A DNA stretch of 64,000 nucleotides from Acidimicrobiales bacterium (lineage in GTDB: Bacteria; Actinomycetota; Acidimicrobiia; Acidimicrobiales; Bog-793). Each line of letters begins with the position of its first letter. Position 1 is the stretch's first letter. Under the pieces are notes generated by a model, which saw nothing but the letters and a program-made list of their open reading frames with translations, had not been told where the DNA came from and searched no databases. Shown piece after piece: positions 1-8,919 of this stretch. The position numbers and the translations under genes are program-made. The DNA is taken from positions 25,280-89,279 of the forward strand of contig JBEKMC010000001.1 of assembly GCA_050008715.1 (NCBI GenBank), read 5' to 3'.

Positions 1-1256
1 AGCTGGCCGAAGCCGCCGCGCACCTCCCGCAGGATCTCCGCAGCGAGCTCGTCGCCGGCCGCCGCCTTCTGCCAGGAGGCGTCCTCGACGACGAGCTCCG
101 GCGCGAAGAGGAACTCCACGTACGCCGGCACCTCGCCCAAGACGGCGACCCGCTCGCGCACGAGGGGAGCCAGTAGCGACCACTCCGGGGTGTCGTAGAA
201 CGCCGTCCCGAGCCGATCATCCGTCTCGAGCGACCACGCCCGGCACCGCTGCGTGAACTCCTCGTCGGTCAGCTGCCGGATGTAGACGCCGTTGAAATGG
301 AGGAGTTTCTGGATGTCGAAGAACGCCGGCGAGTGGTTGACGTCCTCGAGACGGAAGGCCTCGACGAGCTCGTCACGGGTGAAGAACTCGCGGCCGTCCT
401 CGAAGCTCCAGCCGAGCAGGGCGAGGTAGTTGCCGATCGCCTCCGGCAGGTAGCCCTCCGCTCGGTAGTCCTCGATGGCCACCCGGTCGCGTCGCTTGGA
501 GATCTTCTGCCGCCGCTCGTTGACGAGCACGGGCAAGTGGGCGAAGGCCGGCAGGGGCAGCACCGCCCCGGGTCCGCCGGCCTGCGCCGCCGCGTTCAGC
601 GCTTCCCAGATGAGCACGGCCTTCGGTGTGGTGGGCAGGTGCTCCTCGGCGCGGATCACGTGACTGATCGCCATGTCGCGATCGTCGGTGACGACGGCGA
701 GGACGAAGAGGGCGTCCCCGTTGGACTTGGCGACGACGAAGTCCTCGATCGTCTCGTTGGCGAACTCGACGTCGCCGCGGATGAGGTCGTGCACGACGGT
801 GACACCGGTGTCCGGCACGGCGAAACGAAGGGCTCTGCCCGGGCCCCGCTCGAGCCCGCGGTGGCGGCAGTACCCGTCGTACCCGGGCGTCGGGCTGCCC
901 TTCGTCCGGGCGTCCGCCTCCTCGCGGGTGCACTCGCAGGCGTACAGGTGACCGGCGTCCCACAACCGGTCGAGCGTCTGGTCGTAGAGGCCACGGCGCT
1001 CCGACTGGCGGTAGGGGCCCTCGTCCCAGTCGATGCCGAGCCAGGTGAGGGCGGCGAGGATGCCCTCGTACTGCTCTTCCTGATGCCGCTCCCGGTCGGT
1101 GTCCTCGATACGGAGCACGAAGACGCCGCCGGCACGACGGGCGACACACCAGTTGTACAAGGCGGTCCGGGCCGAGCCCACGTGGAAGTAACCCGTCGGG
1201 GACGGGGCCATGCGGACCCGGACGCTTCGGTCCGTCTGCGCCTCCTCGGCGCTCAC
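1..1256 (-). CDS. gltX: glutamyl-tRNA synthetase (N-terminal about 418 codons; 3' end outside window)
   Basis: The minus-strand translation reads VSAEEAQTDRSVRVRMAPSPTGYFHVGSARTALYNW...VLRIEDTDRER...KISKRR and stays open to the window edge. GTG at 1256 overlaps the ferredoxin stop (GTGA). An alternative ATG lies at 1211. Confidence 0.9.
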   Translation of the reverse strand, partial: MSAEEAQTDRSVRVRMAPSPTGYFHVGSARTALYNWCVARRAGGVFVLRIEDTDRERHQEEQYEGILAALTWLGIDWDEGPYRQSERRGLYDQTLDRLWDAGHLYACECTREEADARTKGSPTPGYDGYCRHRGLERGPGRALRFAVPDTGVTVVHDLIRGDVEFANETIEDFVVAKSNGDALFVLAVVTDDRDMAISHVIRAEEHLPTTPKAVLIWEALNAAAQAGGPGAVLPLPAFAHLPVLVNERRQKISKRRDRVAIEDYRAEGYLPEAIGNYLALLGWSFEDGREFFTRDELVEAFRLEDVNHSPAFFDIQKLLHFNGVYIRQLTDEEFTQRCRAWSLETDDRLGTAFYDTPEWSLLAPLVRERVAVLGEVPAYVEFLFAPELVVEDASWQKAAAGDELAAEILREVRGGFGQ

Positions 1257-1444
1257 CCCTCGACCGAGATCGCTTGCTTCGGGCAGGACCTCACACACTC
1301 CATCACCTTGGCGCGGAGCTCCTCGGCCGGCTCCTCGTTCAGCACGTAGAGGAAGTCGTCGTCACGCACCTCGAAGACCTCCGGGAGGATCCCCATGCAG
1401 ATGGCGTTGGACTCACACAGGTCGTAGTCGACGATGACTCGCAT
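1253..1444 (-). CDS. small ferredoxin (63 aa)
   Basis: The product is MRVIVDYDLCESNAICMG...VMECVRSCPKQAISVEG, with the Cys spacing of small actinobacterial 3Fe-4S/4Fe-4S ferredoxins. AGGAGG lies 7 nt upstream of the ATG. Confidence 0.85.
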   Translation of the reverse strand: MRVIVDYDLCESNAICMGILPEVFEVRDDDFLYVLNEEPAEELRAKVMECVRSCPKQAISVEG

Positions 1445-1542
1445 ACGAGGTCCTCCTGGTCGGGCGTCGGCGTCACGGTCATGGTAGGCGGATCGTGGTT
1501 GCGTATATGCCACGAGGAACCAGCCAAGTTGCGGCCGGAGGC

Positions 1543-2721
1543 TCAGGGCTCCCGGTCCCGCAGGATCCACATCGAGAAGAACTGGGACCCGCCGCCGTAG
1601 GCGTGCCCGAGGGCGCAGCGGGCGCCGTCGACCTGGTGCTCGCCGGCGGCACCCCTCACCTGCAAAGCGGCCTCGCCGAAGCGGAGCATCCCCGAGGCAC
1701 CGATGGGGTTCGAGGAGAGCACGCCGCCCGACATGTTCCAGGGGATGCGACCACCGAGGCGGGTGGCGCCCGACTCGGTCAGCTTCCATCCTTCCCGATC
1801 AGCAGAGAAACCCAACGACTCCAACCACATCGGCTCGAACCACGAGAACGGCACGTACACCTCGGCACAGTCGATCTCGCCCATCGGGTCGGTGATGCCC
1901 GCCTGCCGGTAGACGTCCGCCACACAGTCCCGTGAGGCCCGCGGGTCGACCTGGTCCCGGCCGGAGAACATCGTCGGCTCGCTCCGCATGGCCGCCCCGT
2001 GAATCCATGCCGGCGGGCGCCCACGAGCGGCCGACGACGACGCCACAGCTCGTGCCGTCGTGGCGTCGGCGAGCACCATGGCGCACGCCCCGTCCGACGA
2101 CGGGCACGTCTCGAGGTAGCGGATCGGATCCCACAGCATCGGGGAGGCTTCGACCATGGCGAGGTCGATGCCGTCGATGTGGAGGTGCGCGTACGGGTTC
2201 AGCAGGGCGTTCTGCCGGTCCTTGACCGCCACGAGCATGCCGATGTGCGCCGGCGCCTCCGAGCGTCGCATGTAGGCGCGGATGAGGGGGGCGAAGTAGC
2301 CGCCGGCGCCGGCGAGCAACGGCGGCGAGAACGGCTGCGGCGAGGAGAGGGCCCACATGGCGTCGGCGTCGGACTGTTTCTCGAAGGCGACCGTCAGCAC
2401 GCGTGAGTGGATGCCACCCCGCACGAGGTTGGCGGCCACGAGGGCCGTCGACCCGCCAACCGAGCCGGCGGTGTGCACGCGGATCATCGGCTTGCCGACC
2501 GCCCCGAGGGCGGGTGCCAGGTAGAGCTCCGGCATCATGACGCCCTCGAAGAAGTCGGGCGCCTTGCCGAGCACGACGGCGTCGATGTCGGCCCAGTCCA
2601 TGCCGGCGTCCTCGAGGGCGCGCTCGGCCGCCTCGCGCACGAGCCCGGCGATGGAGACGTCGTCCCGGCGGGCCGCATGGCGGGTCTGGCCCACCCCGAC
2701 GACGGCGCAGGCATTTGCCAC
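1543..2721 (-). CDS. ltp3: SCP2/Ltp-type thiolase-fold protein, Ltp3-like (392 aa)
   Basis: The translation VANACAVVGVGQT...RVHTAGSVGGSTALVAANL...SNPIGASGMLR...GHAYGGGSQ has a thiolase-like fold pattern. The GTG start overlaps the upstream stop by 1 nt. It is the third gene of a DUF35-thiolase-thiolase operon. Confidence 0.8.
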   Translation of the reverse strand: MANACAVVGVGQTRHAARRDDVSIAGLVREAAERALEDAGMDWADIDAVVLGKAPDFFEGVMMPELYLAPALGAVGKPMIRVHTAGSVGGSTALVAANLVRGGIHSRVLTVAFEKQSDADAMWALSSPQPFSPPLLAGAGGYFAPLIRAYMRRSEAPAHIGMLVAVKDRQNALLNPYAHLHIDGIDLAMVEASPMLWDPIRYLETCPSSDGACAMVLADATTARAVASSSAARGRPPAWIHGAAMRSEPTMFSGRDQVDPRASRDCVADVYRQAGITDPMGEIDCAEVYVPFSWFEPMWLESLGFSADREGWKLTESGATRLGGRIPWNMSGGVLSSNPIGASGMLRFGEAALQVRGAAGEHQVDGARCALGHAYGGGSQFFSMWILRDREP

Positions 2722-3776
2722 TACTCCCCCTCCAGCACGCACACGAGGTTCTGCTGCAGGCACGGTCCCGAGGTGGCATGGGCGAGCGCACGGTCGGCCT
2801 CGCCCGACCAGATGCGGGCGGCTGCCTCGCCGATGCGGACGAGGCCGGCGACCATGATGGCGTTGGCGGCGAGCGCCCCTCCCGACGGGTTGACGGACAC
2901 GTCGTCGTCCAGCCCGAGCGCCGAGCGCAGGATCAGCTCCTGATGGGTGAAGGGAGCGTGCAGCTCGGCGACGTCCACCGTCGCCGGCGCACCCGCCTCC
3001 CGGGCGGCCGTCGTCGTCGAGGACGACACCGAGAGGTCGCGAGCACCCAGTGAGTGGGTCTCGATGCGGTGGTCGATGCCTCGGATCCACGCCGGCCGCC
3101 GGGCCAGGCGACGGGCGGCATCGCCGGCGGCGAGGATCACCGCCGCCGACCCGTCGGTGACCGGAGGGCAGTCGTGGCGTCGCAGCGGCGCCACGAGGTA
3201 CGGCTCCTGCAGCAGCACGTCGGGGGCGGGCGAACCCTTCACCTGGGCGAGCTCGTTCGACTCGGCCGCCGTCCGGCTGCGGGCCGCCACGGCCGCCATG
3301 TCGGCCTCGGTGTACAAGCCGGCGTCGAGCCCGGCTCGAGCCTGCAGCGCCGCCATCGACACGGCGTCGGGCCACAGCGGTGCCATCACGTACGGGTCGA
3401 GCTGGCGGGAGAAGAGCTCGGTGAGCGAGGCGCTCGGGGAGGACTTGCCGAAGCAGTACACGAGCGCCGTGTCGATGTCACCGAGCTGGAGCCGGACCCA
3501 TGCTTCGTAGAGGGCGAAGGCCCCGTCCATCTCGACGTGGCTCTCCTCGATGGGCGGCCAGGCCCCGACCGCATCGAGCCCACCGACAAAACTGAACGGC
3601 ACCCCCATCAAGTAGTCCGTCGACCCGGACACCGTGAAACCGATGTCGGCGATCGTGAGGCCGCTCGCCTCGAAGACCTCCCGGACGACCGGCATCACGA
3701 GCTCCACCTCGTTGGCATCCTCGACGCGCCGCACCATGGGCGTCTGGGCGAAGGCGACGACGGCGACGTCTCTCAT
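2721..3776 (-). CDS. ltp4: SCP2/Ltp-type thiolase-fold protein, Ltp4-like (351 aa)
   Basis: The translation runs MRDVAVVAFAQTPMVRR...VNPSGGALAANAIMVAGLVRIGEAA...QQNLVCVLEGE. Its size and position match the middle gene of the Mtb Rv3521-Rv3522-Rv3523 arrangement, recalled from memory. Confidence 0.75.
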   Translation of the reverse strand: MRDVAVVAFAQTPMVRRVEDANEVELVMPVVREVFEASGLTIADIGFTVSGSTDYLMGVPFSFVGGLDAVGAWPPIEESHVEMDGAFALYEAWVRLQLGDIDTALVYCFGKSSPSASLTELFSRQLDPYVMAPLWPDAVSMAALQARAGLDAGLYTEADMAAVAARSRTAAESNELAQVKGSPAPDVLLQEPYLVAPLRRHDCPPVTDGSAAVILAAGDAARRLARRPAWIRGIDHRIETHSLGARDLSVSSSTTTAAREAGAPATVDVAELHAPFTHQELILRSALGLDDDVSVNPSGGALAANAIMVAGLVRIGEAAARIWSGEADRALAHATSGPCLQQNLVCVLEGE

Positions 3777-3805
3777 CTGTGTCCCCTCATCGATGTCCCA
3801 GTCGC

Positions 3806-4774
3806 CTACAGGTGAGCCTTGAACGAGTCGTACTCGGCGTCCGGCTCGCCGCTCGGGCGGAACCACCGGAGCGACTCGAGGCTTGGGCGACGTTCCTCCG
3901 GCTCTTGCCAGACAGCCTCGACGCGCATCCCCATGCGCACGTCGGCGGCGGCACACTCCTGGATGAGCGCCATGAAGGGGATGTCCGCACCGTCGAGCAG
4001 CACCTGCGCACACACGTAGGGCAGCTCGATCGCCTGGCCCCGGAAGGGCACGTTCACGACGCAGAACGTCGTCACCACGCCACGCTGGCCACACTCGACG
4101 AGGTCGGTCGTGGGCACGCCGTCGGTCGGGCACGCACCTCGCGGCGGCAGGTACACCTTCTTGCACACCGGGCAACGCCGGCCGAGGAACTTGCCCTCGA
4201 CGAGGCCGCGCAGGAACGCCGACTGTGCGTGCCCGGCCGTGACGTCGTACTCGAGGCGGATGGGTGTCACGATCTGGCTGACGGGCACGGCGGGGTCGTC
4301 GAGCTCGGCCGTGTTCCGGGGCACGAGCCCGGCGCCGGCCGACTCCTCCGGCACGAAGGCGGCGATGTCGGTGATGTCGCCGCGCCGCTCTGCCCGCCAC
4401 ACGGCCCGGACGCGCATGCCGGTCGACATGGCGTCCATCGTCTTCGCGTCGACGTAATGCAAGAGCGCCGTGTCGGCGCCGTCGAGCTTGACGAGGGCGA
4501 AGGCGAACGGCCGGTCGAGCAGGTGGTGCGGCAGCGGCTCGGACACCCAGCACCAGGTCGTCACTGTGCCCGTGTCGCTCACGGTCACGGCCTCGGCCGT
4601 GGCGTTCCCCGAGAAGGGGTCGTACTCGGCCGGCGGCACGATGACTGCGCCGCCGTCGGCCCTCACGCCTTCGATGCGACCGTCCCGCAACGCCGTGAAG
4701 AAACCCCCCATCACCGCCCCCACGGAGCGGTGGTACGGGTACTCGCTCACGTGGTGCGCCCGCAGCAGCTCCAT
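3806..4774 (-). CDS. tandem DUF35 OB-fold / zinc-ribbon protein (thiolase-fold partner)
   Basis: The 322-aa product carries a CPVCKKVYLPPRGACPTDG zinc ribbon and two OB-fold-like halves. It lies directly upstream of the two thiolase-fold genes. An internal ATG (MGGFF...) is an alternative start. Confidence 0.75.
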   Translation of the reverse strand: MELLRAHHVSEYPYHRSVGAVMGGFFTALRDGRIEGVRADGGAVIVPPAEYDPFSGNATAEAVTVSDTGTVTTWCWVSEPLPHHLLDRPFAFALVKLDGADTALLHYVDAKTMDAMSTGMRVRAVWRAERRGDITDIAAFVPEESAGAGLVPRNTAELDDPAVPVSQIVTPIRLEYDVTAGHAQSAFLRGLVEGKFLGRRCPVCKKVYLPPRGACPTDGVPTTDLVECGQRGVVTTFCVVNVPFRGQAIELPYVCAQVLLDGADIPFMALIQECAAADVRMGMRVEAVWQEPEERRPSLESLRWFRPSGEPDAEYDSFKAHL

Positions 4775-4780
4775 GGCGAG

Positions 4781-4802
4781 AAACTAGAACAGATTCTAGT
4801 TT
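4781..4802. promoter_or_regulatory. KstR-like operator (9-bp inverted repeat AAACTAGAA-CAGA-TTCTAGTTT)
   Basis: It is an AT-rich palindrome in the 70-nt divergent DUF35/fadE intergenic region. The core TAGAACAGATTCTA differs at 1 constrained position from the KstR consensus TnnAACnnGTTnnA, as I recall that consensus. Confidence 0.65.
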
Positions 4803-4844
4803 CGTGCGTCGTGCCGGCCGGGCCGGCCGGGCTACCCTGCCGCC

Positions 4845-6011
4845 ATGGATCTCGCCTTGCCCGGGGACGACGACGCCCGGCGCTCGGCCGTACGCTCGTG
4901 GCTGGAGGCCCACCCCGAGCCGACGGGCCGCCAGCTCGCCGAGGCCGGGTACGTGGCACCACATTGGCCGGCGCCGTGGGGCCTCGGTGCCGACCCGATC
5001 CACCAGCTCATCATCGACGACGAATTGCGGCGGGCACGAGTGCGACGCCCCGACAACGCCATCGGAATCGGCTGGGCCGGGCCGACGATCATTCACGCCG
5101 GCACCGAGGAGCAGAAGGAGCGCTACCTCCTGCCAATGCTCGCCGGCGAGGAGATCTGGTGCCAGCTCTTCTCCGAGCCCGATGCCGGCTCGGACCTCGC
5201 CAACCTCTCCACGCGGGCGACCCGGGACGGCGACACCTACGTGGTGAACGGCCAGAAGATCTGGACGTCGTACGCCCATCGCGCCGCCTTCGGCATCCTC
5301 ATCTGCCGCACCGACCCCGACGTGGCGAAACACCAGGGCATCACGTACCTCATCTGCCCCATGGACGCACCGGGACTGACGATCCGCCCGATCGTCGAGA
5401 TGACCGGGGACCACAACTTCAACGAGGTGTTCTTCGACGAGGTGCGCATCCCTGTGGCCAACCGCGTCGGTGACGAGAACGCCGGGTGGGCACTCGCGAA
5501 GGTGACCCTCGGCAACGAGCGGGTCTCGCTCTCGGGAGAAGGTGCCCTGTGGGGTCGTGGGCCCTCCGCCGACGACCTCCTCGACCTCGTCCGTCGTTCC
5601 GGCGGCAGCTCCGATCCTCTCATGCGCCAACGGTTGGCTCAGCTCTACATCCGCTCCGAGACGCTCCGCCTCATCCGGCTGCGGACGCTCGTCGCCGCCC
5701 TCGCCGGCCGCCCGCCGGGGCCGGAGGCGTCCCTGCGCAAGGCGCTCGCCGACGAGCACGGACAAGAGATCATGGGCCTCGCCAAAGATCTCTGCGGCGC
5801 CTCCGGCATGCTGGCAGCGGCCACGCCGTATGGGGATGCCAATCCCATCTGGCCCTACGGCTACCTGTTCGCCCCAGCCCTCACCGTCGGCGGCGGCACC
5901 GCCCAGGTGCAGCGCAACATCATTGCCGAGCGGGTTCTCGGGCTCCCCCACGAGCCCGACGTCGAGGTGGGCAAGTCATGGGCGGAGGCTCGCTCGGCCG
6001 CCAGAGCCTGA
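4845..6011 (+). CDS. fadE: acyl-CoA dehydrogenase
   Basis: The 388-aa product contains ...WCQLFSEPDAGSDLANL...NGQKIWTSYAH...GGGTAQVQRNIIAERVLGLP, typical ACAD motifs. Confidence 0.85.
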   Translation: MDLALPGDDDARRSAVRSWLEAHPEPTGRQLAEAGYVAPHWPAPWGLGADPIHQLIIDDELRRARVRRPDNAIGIGWAGPTIIHAGTEEQKERYLLPMLAGEEIWCQLFSEPDAGSDLANLSTRATRDGDTYVVNGQKIWTSYAHRAAFGILICRTDPDVAKHQGITYLICPMDAPGLTIRPIVEMTGDHNFNEVFFDEVRIPVANRVGDENAGWALAKVTLGNERVSLSGEGALWGRGPSADDLLDLVRRSGGSSDPLMRQRLAQLYIRSETLRLIRLRTLVAALAGRPPGPEASLRKALADEHGQEIMGLAKDLCGASGMLAAATPYGDANPIWPYGYLFAPALTVGGGTAQVQRNIIAERVLGLPHEPDVEVGKSWAEARSAARA

Positions 6012-6018
6012 GGCAGGC

Positions 6019-6603
6019 TCAGAGCAGCAGGCGACAGGCGATCCCGATGTCCGACACGGCCCTGGCATTGTCGATCGTCCCGTGGGTCCAGCTGAGTATC
6101 GCCGAGTTCCAGACGTGGCCGAGCATGCGGGTCCGCTCTGCGATGTCGGCAGGGGCGCCTTCGCCGGCTGCTTGCACCATGAGGGCTTCCATCGTCGTCG
6201 AGACACGCTCGCGGCACTCCGTCACACCCGGTTCGAGGGAGGACATCGCCGCCAGAAGGGCGGCAACGAGCTTCGGCTGACGGCTCATGACCCGCATGGA
6301 TCGCTCGAGCAGGTTGGCGACCCGCTCGGAGGGGGTCGTGCCCGCCACCGGGGCATCCCTCAGCAGGTCGGCGAGCTGGTCGATCCAGTAGACGAGGGCG
6401 GCCGCCAGCAGATGGTCCTTCGAGTGGAAGTACCGGTAGACGGTCCCGAGGGCGACGTTCGCCCGCTCGGCGACGTCGCGCATCTGCACCGCGTCGTAGC
6501 CGCCCTCTGCGGCAAGCGCCATGGCAGCGTCCATCACGCGCCGGCGCCGCTGCTGTTGCGAGCCGCGGAGCTCGGTCGTAACTGGAACATGTTCCTGTTT
6601 CAC
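6019..6603 (-). CDS. kstR: TetR-family repressor, KstR-like
   Basis: The HTH region reads YDAVQMRDVAERANVALGTVYRYFHSKDHLL. The start is ambiguous: TTG 6633, GTG 6603 or ATG 6534. Confidence 0.75.
   Translation of the reverse strand: MKQEHVPVTTELRGSQQQRRRRVMDAAMALAAEGGYDAVQMRDVAERANVALGTVYRYFHSKDHLLAAALVYWIDQLADLLRDAPVAGTTPSERVANLLERSMRVMSRQPKLVAALLAAMSSLEPGVTECRERVSTTMEALMVQAAGEGAPADIAERTRMLGHVWNSAILSWTHGTIDNARAVSDIGIACRLLL
6583..6596. promoter_or_regulatory. KstR-like operator (perfect palindrome GGAACATGTTCC)
   Basis: TGGAACATGTTCCT matches 7 of the 8 constrained positions of TnnAACnnGTTnnA. It sits at or just upstream of the TetR gene's 5' end. Confidence 0.6.
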
Positions 6604-6655
6604 GCGGCACAACGGTAGCGCCGCCCGCCTCAACAGGACGGTTGCCGGTGGCGGG

Positions 6656-7126
6656 TCAGGAACGTCCGGCTTCGGCGAGGGCGGCTTCGAGGCGGTCGAC
6701 GAATGGGATCTGTGTGGGTTTCAATTTGCGGCGGGCCGCGTCGGGGCTGACCCACTCGGCACGGGCGATCTCAGGGAAGCTCGCGCGGCGACCCGAGCGC
6801 GGCGGCCACTCGATCTCGAACTCGTTGCTGACGACCGTCGAAATGTCGAGGTCGCCTTCGACCGCCCAGGCGCGCACGACCTTGCCGCCTTTCTGAGTGA
6901 TGGCGCCAAGGTCGATCCGCTCGCCGCCCGGGGCGGGGCTGCCCATCTCTTCGGCGAACTCACGGTAGGCGGCAGCCAGCGCCTCCTCGTCCGGCTCGTA
7001 TTCGCCCTTCGGAATGGTCCAGGAGCCCTCGTCCTTACGGGCGAAGTACGGGCCGCCGGGAAAGGCGACGAGGACCTCGAGTCCACCGGCCGTTCGGCGC
7101 CGGTACAACAGCAGCCCGGCGCTCAC
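6656..7126 (-). CDS. NUDIX hydrolase
   Basis: The Nudix box GEYEPDEEALAAAYREFAEEMG is present (GX5EX7REUXEEXGU). Confidence 0.85.
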   Translation of the reverse strand: MSAGLLLYRRRTAGGLEVLVAFPGGPYFARKDEGSWTIPKGEYEPDEEALAAAYREFAEEMGSPAPGGERIDLGAITQKGGKVVRAWAVEGDLDISTVVSNEFEIEWPPRSGRRASFPEIARAEWVSPDAARRKLKPTQIPFVDRLEAALAEAGRS

Positions 7127-7178
7127 CCGCGATCTCGCCGCGCTCAGGACGGCTCCCGGCCGCTCACGGGCATGATGC

Positions 7179-8873
7179 TCAGATGCTGGCCGTCTCGCGC
7201 CACCGGCCGAACACGTCGGCGAGGGCGTTCATGATCTCGCCGACGGTCGCGTACGTGAGCACCGCCCGGTGGATCGCCGGCATGAGGTTCGAGTCGGAGC
7301 TGGCGGCAACGACCCGGATCTCGTCGAGTGCCGCCTCGACGGCCTCGCCCGAGCGCCGCCCACGAACGTCCGCAAGGCGCTTGTTCTGTAGCTCCTCGAC
7401 CTCCTGGCCGATCTGCAGGATCGGTGGCGGGTCCTCCTCGTTGCCCTCGAAGTAGCCCGTCACGCCGACGACGATCCGCCGATGGGCGGAGACCTTCTGC
7501 TCGTAGGAGTAGGCGGCATCGCCGATCTCGGACTGGAACCAGCCCTGCTCGATCCCGGCGTACACGCCTTCGAGGATGGAGCCGGACCCAAGCTCGTCCA
7601 GGTACGCGAACACGGCCTCGGCCTGGCGCTCCATCTCGTCGGTGAGCGCCTCGACGAAGTAAGAGCCGCCGAGGGGGTCGGCGACGTGGGTGACGCCGAT
7701 CTCGTGGGCGATGACCTGCTGGGTGCGAAGGGCGATGCGGGCCGCCTTCTCCGTCGGGAGGGCGAGCACCTCGTCCATCGAGTTGGTGTGCAGGCTCTGG
7801 GTCCCGCCGAGCACGCCGGCGAGGGCTTCGATGGCCGTGCGGACGATGTTCACCTCCGGCTGCTGAGCCGTCAGCGAGCATCCGGCCGTCTGAGTGTGGA
7901 ACCGAAGCTGCAGCGATCGCTCGGTCTCGGCGCCGTAGCGCTCCTTCAGCCAGCGCGCCCAGATGCGCCGCGCCGCCCGGTATTTGGCGATCTCCTCGAA
8001 GAAATCGAGGTGGGCGTTGAAGAAGAAACTCAACCGGGGTGCGAACTCGTCGACCGGCAACCCCGCCGCCACCGCCGCCTCGACGTAGGCGAAACCGTTG
8101 GCCAGCGTGAAGGCCAGCTCCTGCGCCGCCGTCGAGCCGGCCTCTCGGATGTGGTAGCCGGATACCGACACCGTGTTCCACTTCGGCATCTCCGCCGAGC
8201 AGTAGCGGATCATGTCGGTGACGACGCGCACCGACGGCCTCGGCGGGAAGACGTACTCCTTCTGGGCCTGGTACTCCTTCAAGATGTCGTTCTGGATCGT
8301 GCCGCCGAGTGCCCGGCGCGGCGTGCCGACCTTCTCGGCGGCGGCGAAGTACATCGCCAGCAGCACGGCCGCCGGCGAGTTGATCGTCATCGAGGTCGTC
8401 ACCGTACCGAGATCGATGCCGGCAAAGAGGTCTTCCACGTCGGCCAAGGTGTCGACGGCGACGCCGCAGCGGCCCACCTCGCCGAGGCACTCCGGGTCGT
8501 CCGAGTCGCGGCCCATGAGCGTCGGCAGGTCGAAGGCGGTCGACAGGCCGTCGCCGCCCGAGCGGAGGATCTCCTTGAAGCGGACGTTCGTGTCCTCAGC
8601 CGTCCCGAAGCCGGCGAACAGCCGCATCGTCCAGAGCCTGGACCGGTACATCGAGGCGTGCGGGCCCCGCGTGTACGGGTAGACGCCGGGCAGCTCGTCC
8701 CCGGGGCCGTACACAGGGTCGAGAGGGATGCCGGACAGCGTCTCGAAGTCGGCGTCGCGCAGCGGGGCCTTCTCGTACTGTCGGCGCCACTCGCTCCAGT
8801 TGGCCCGATTCGCCTCGCCGGCCCGATTCGCCTCGCCAGCCCGATTTGCCTCGCCAGCACCGTGATCGATCAC
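7179..8873 (-). CDS. icmA: acyl-CoA mutase large (substrate-binding) subunit, isobutyryl-CoA mutase IcmA-like, no B12-binding domain
   Basis: The 564-aa product contains [36 protein letters not shown] and SLHTNSMDE motifs. It carries the Phe (MRLFAGFG) and Gln ([11 protein letters not shown]) pair characteristic of ICM rather than MCM. The start is GTG. Confidence 0.8.
   Translation of the reverse strand: MIDHGAGEANRAGEANRAGEANRANWSEWRRQYEKAPLRDADFETLSGIPLDPVYGPGDELPGVYPYTRGPHASMYRSRLWTMRLFAGFGTAEDTNVRFKEILRSGGDGLSTAFDLPTLMGRDSDDPECLGEVGRCGVAVDTLADVEDLFAGIDLGTVTTSMTINSPAAVLLAMYFAAAEKVGTPRRALGGTIQNDILKEYQAQKEYVFPPRPSVRVVTDMIRYCSAEMPKWNTVSVSGYHIREAGSTAAQELAFTLANGFAYVEAAVAAGLPVDEFAPRLSFFFNAHLDFFEEIAKYRAARRIWARWLKERYGAETERSLQLRFHTQTAGCSLTAQQPEVNIVRTAIEALAGVLGGTQSLHTNSMDEVLALPTEKAARIALRTQQVIAHEIGVTHVADPLGGSYFVEALTDEMERQAEAVFAYLDELGSGSILEGVYAGIEQGWFQSEIGDAAYSYEQKVSAHRRIVVGVTGYFEGNEEDPPPILQIGQEVEELQNKRLADVRGRRSGEAVEAALDEIRVVAASSDSNLMPAIHRAVLTYATVGEIMNALADVFGRWRETASI
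8803..8856. repeat. 3 x 18-nt tandem repeat inside the icmA 5' end
   Basis: The unit gcccgattcgcctcgcc(g/a) occurs three times with one substitution. It encodes (GEANRA)x3 directly after the start codon. Confidence 0.95.
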
Positions 8874-8919
8874 GGAACGAGTCTACGAGGCCGACCCCGC
8901 CGATCCGGAGCGGTCGGGC

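Noticed and set aside
297-1349. 350-aa plus-strand ORF opposite gltX. Other very long antisense ORFs are similar, for example 7482-9098 (+), 23538-25349 (-), 32795-36091 (-), 36772-38562 (+) and 43873-45834 (+).
   Set aside because: These are high-GC shadow ORFs. Their translations are Arg/Gly/Pro/Ala-rich low-complexity sequence without motifs, and the opposite strand encodes clearly recognisable conserved proteins in each case.
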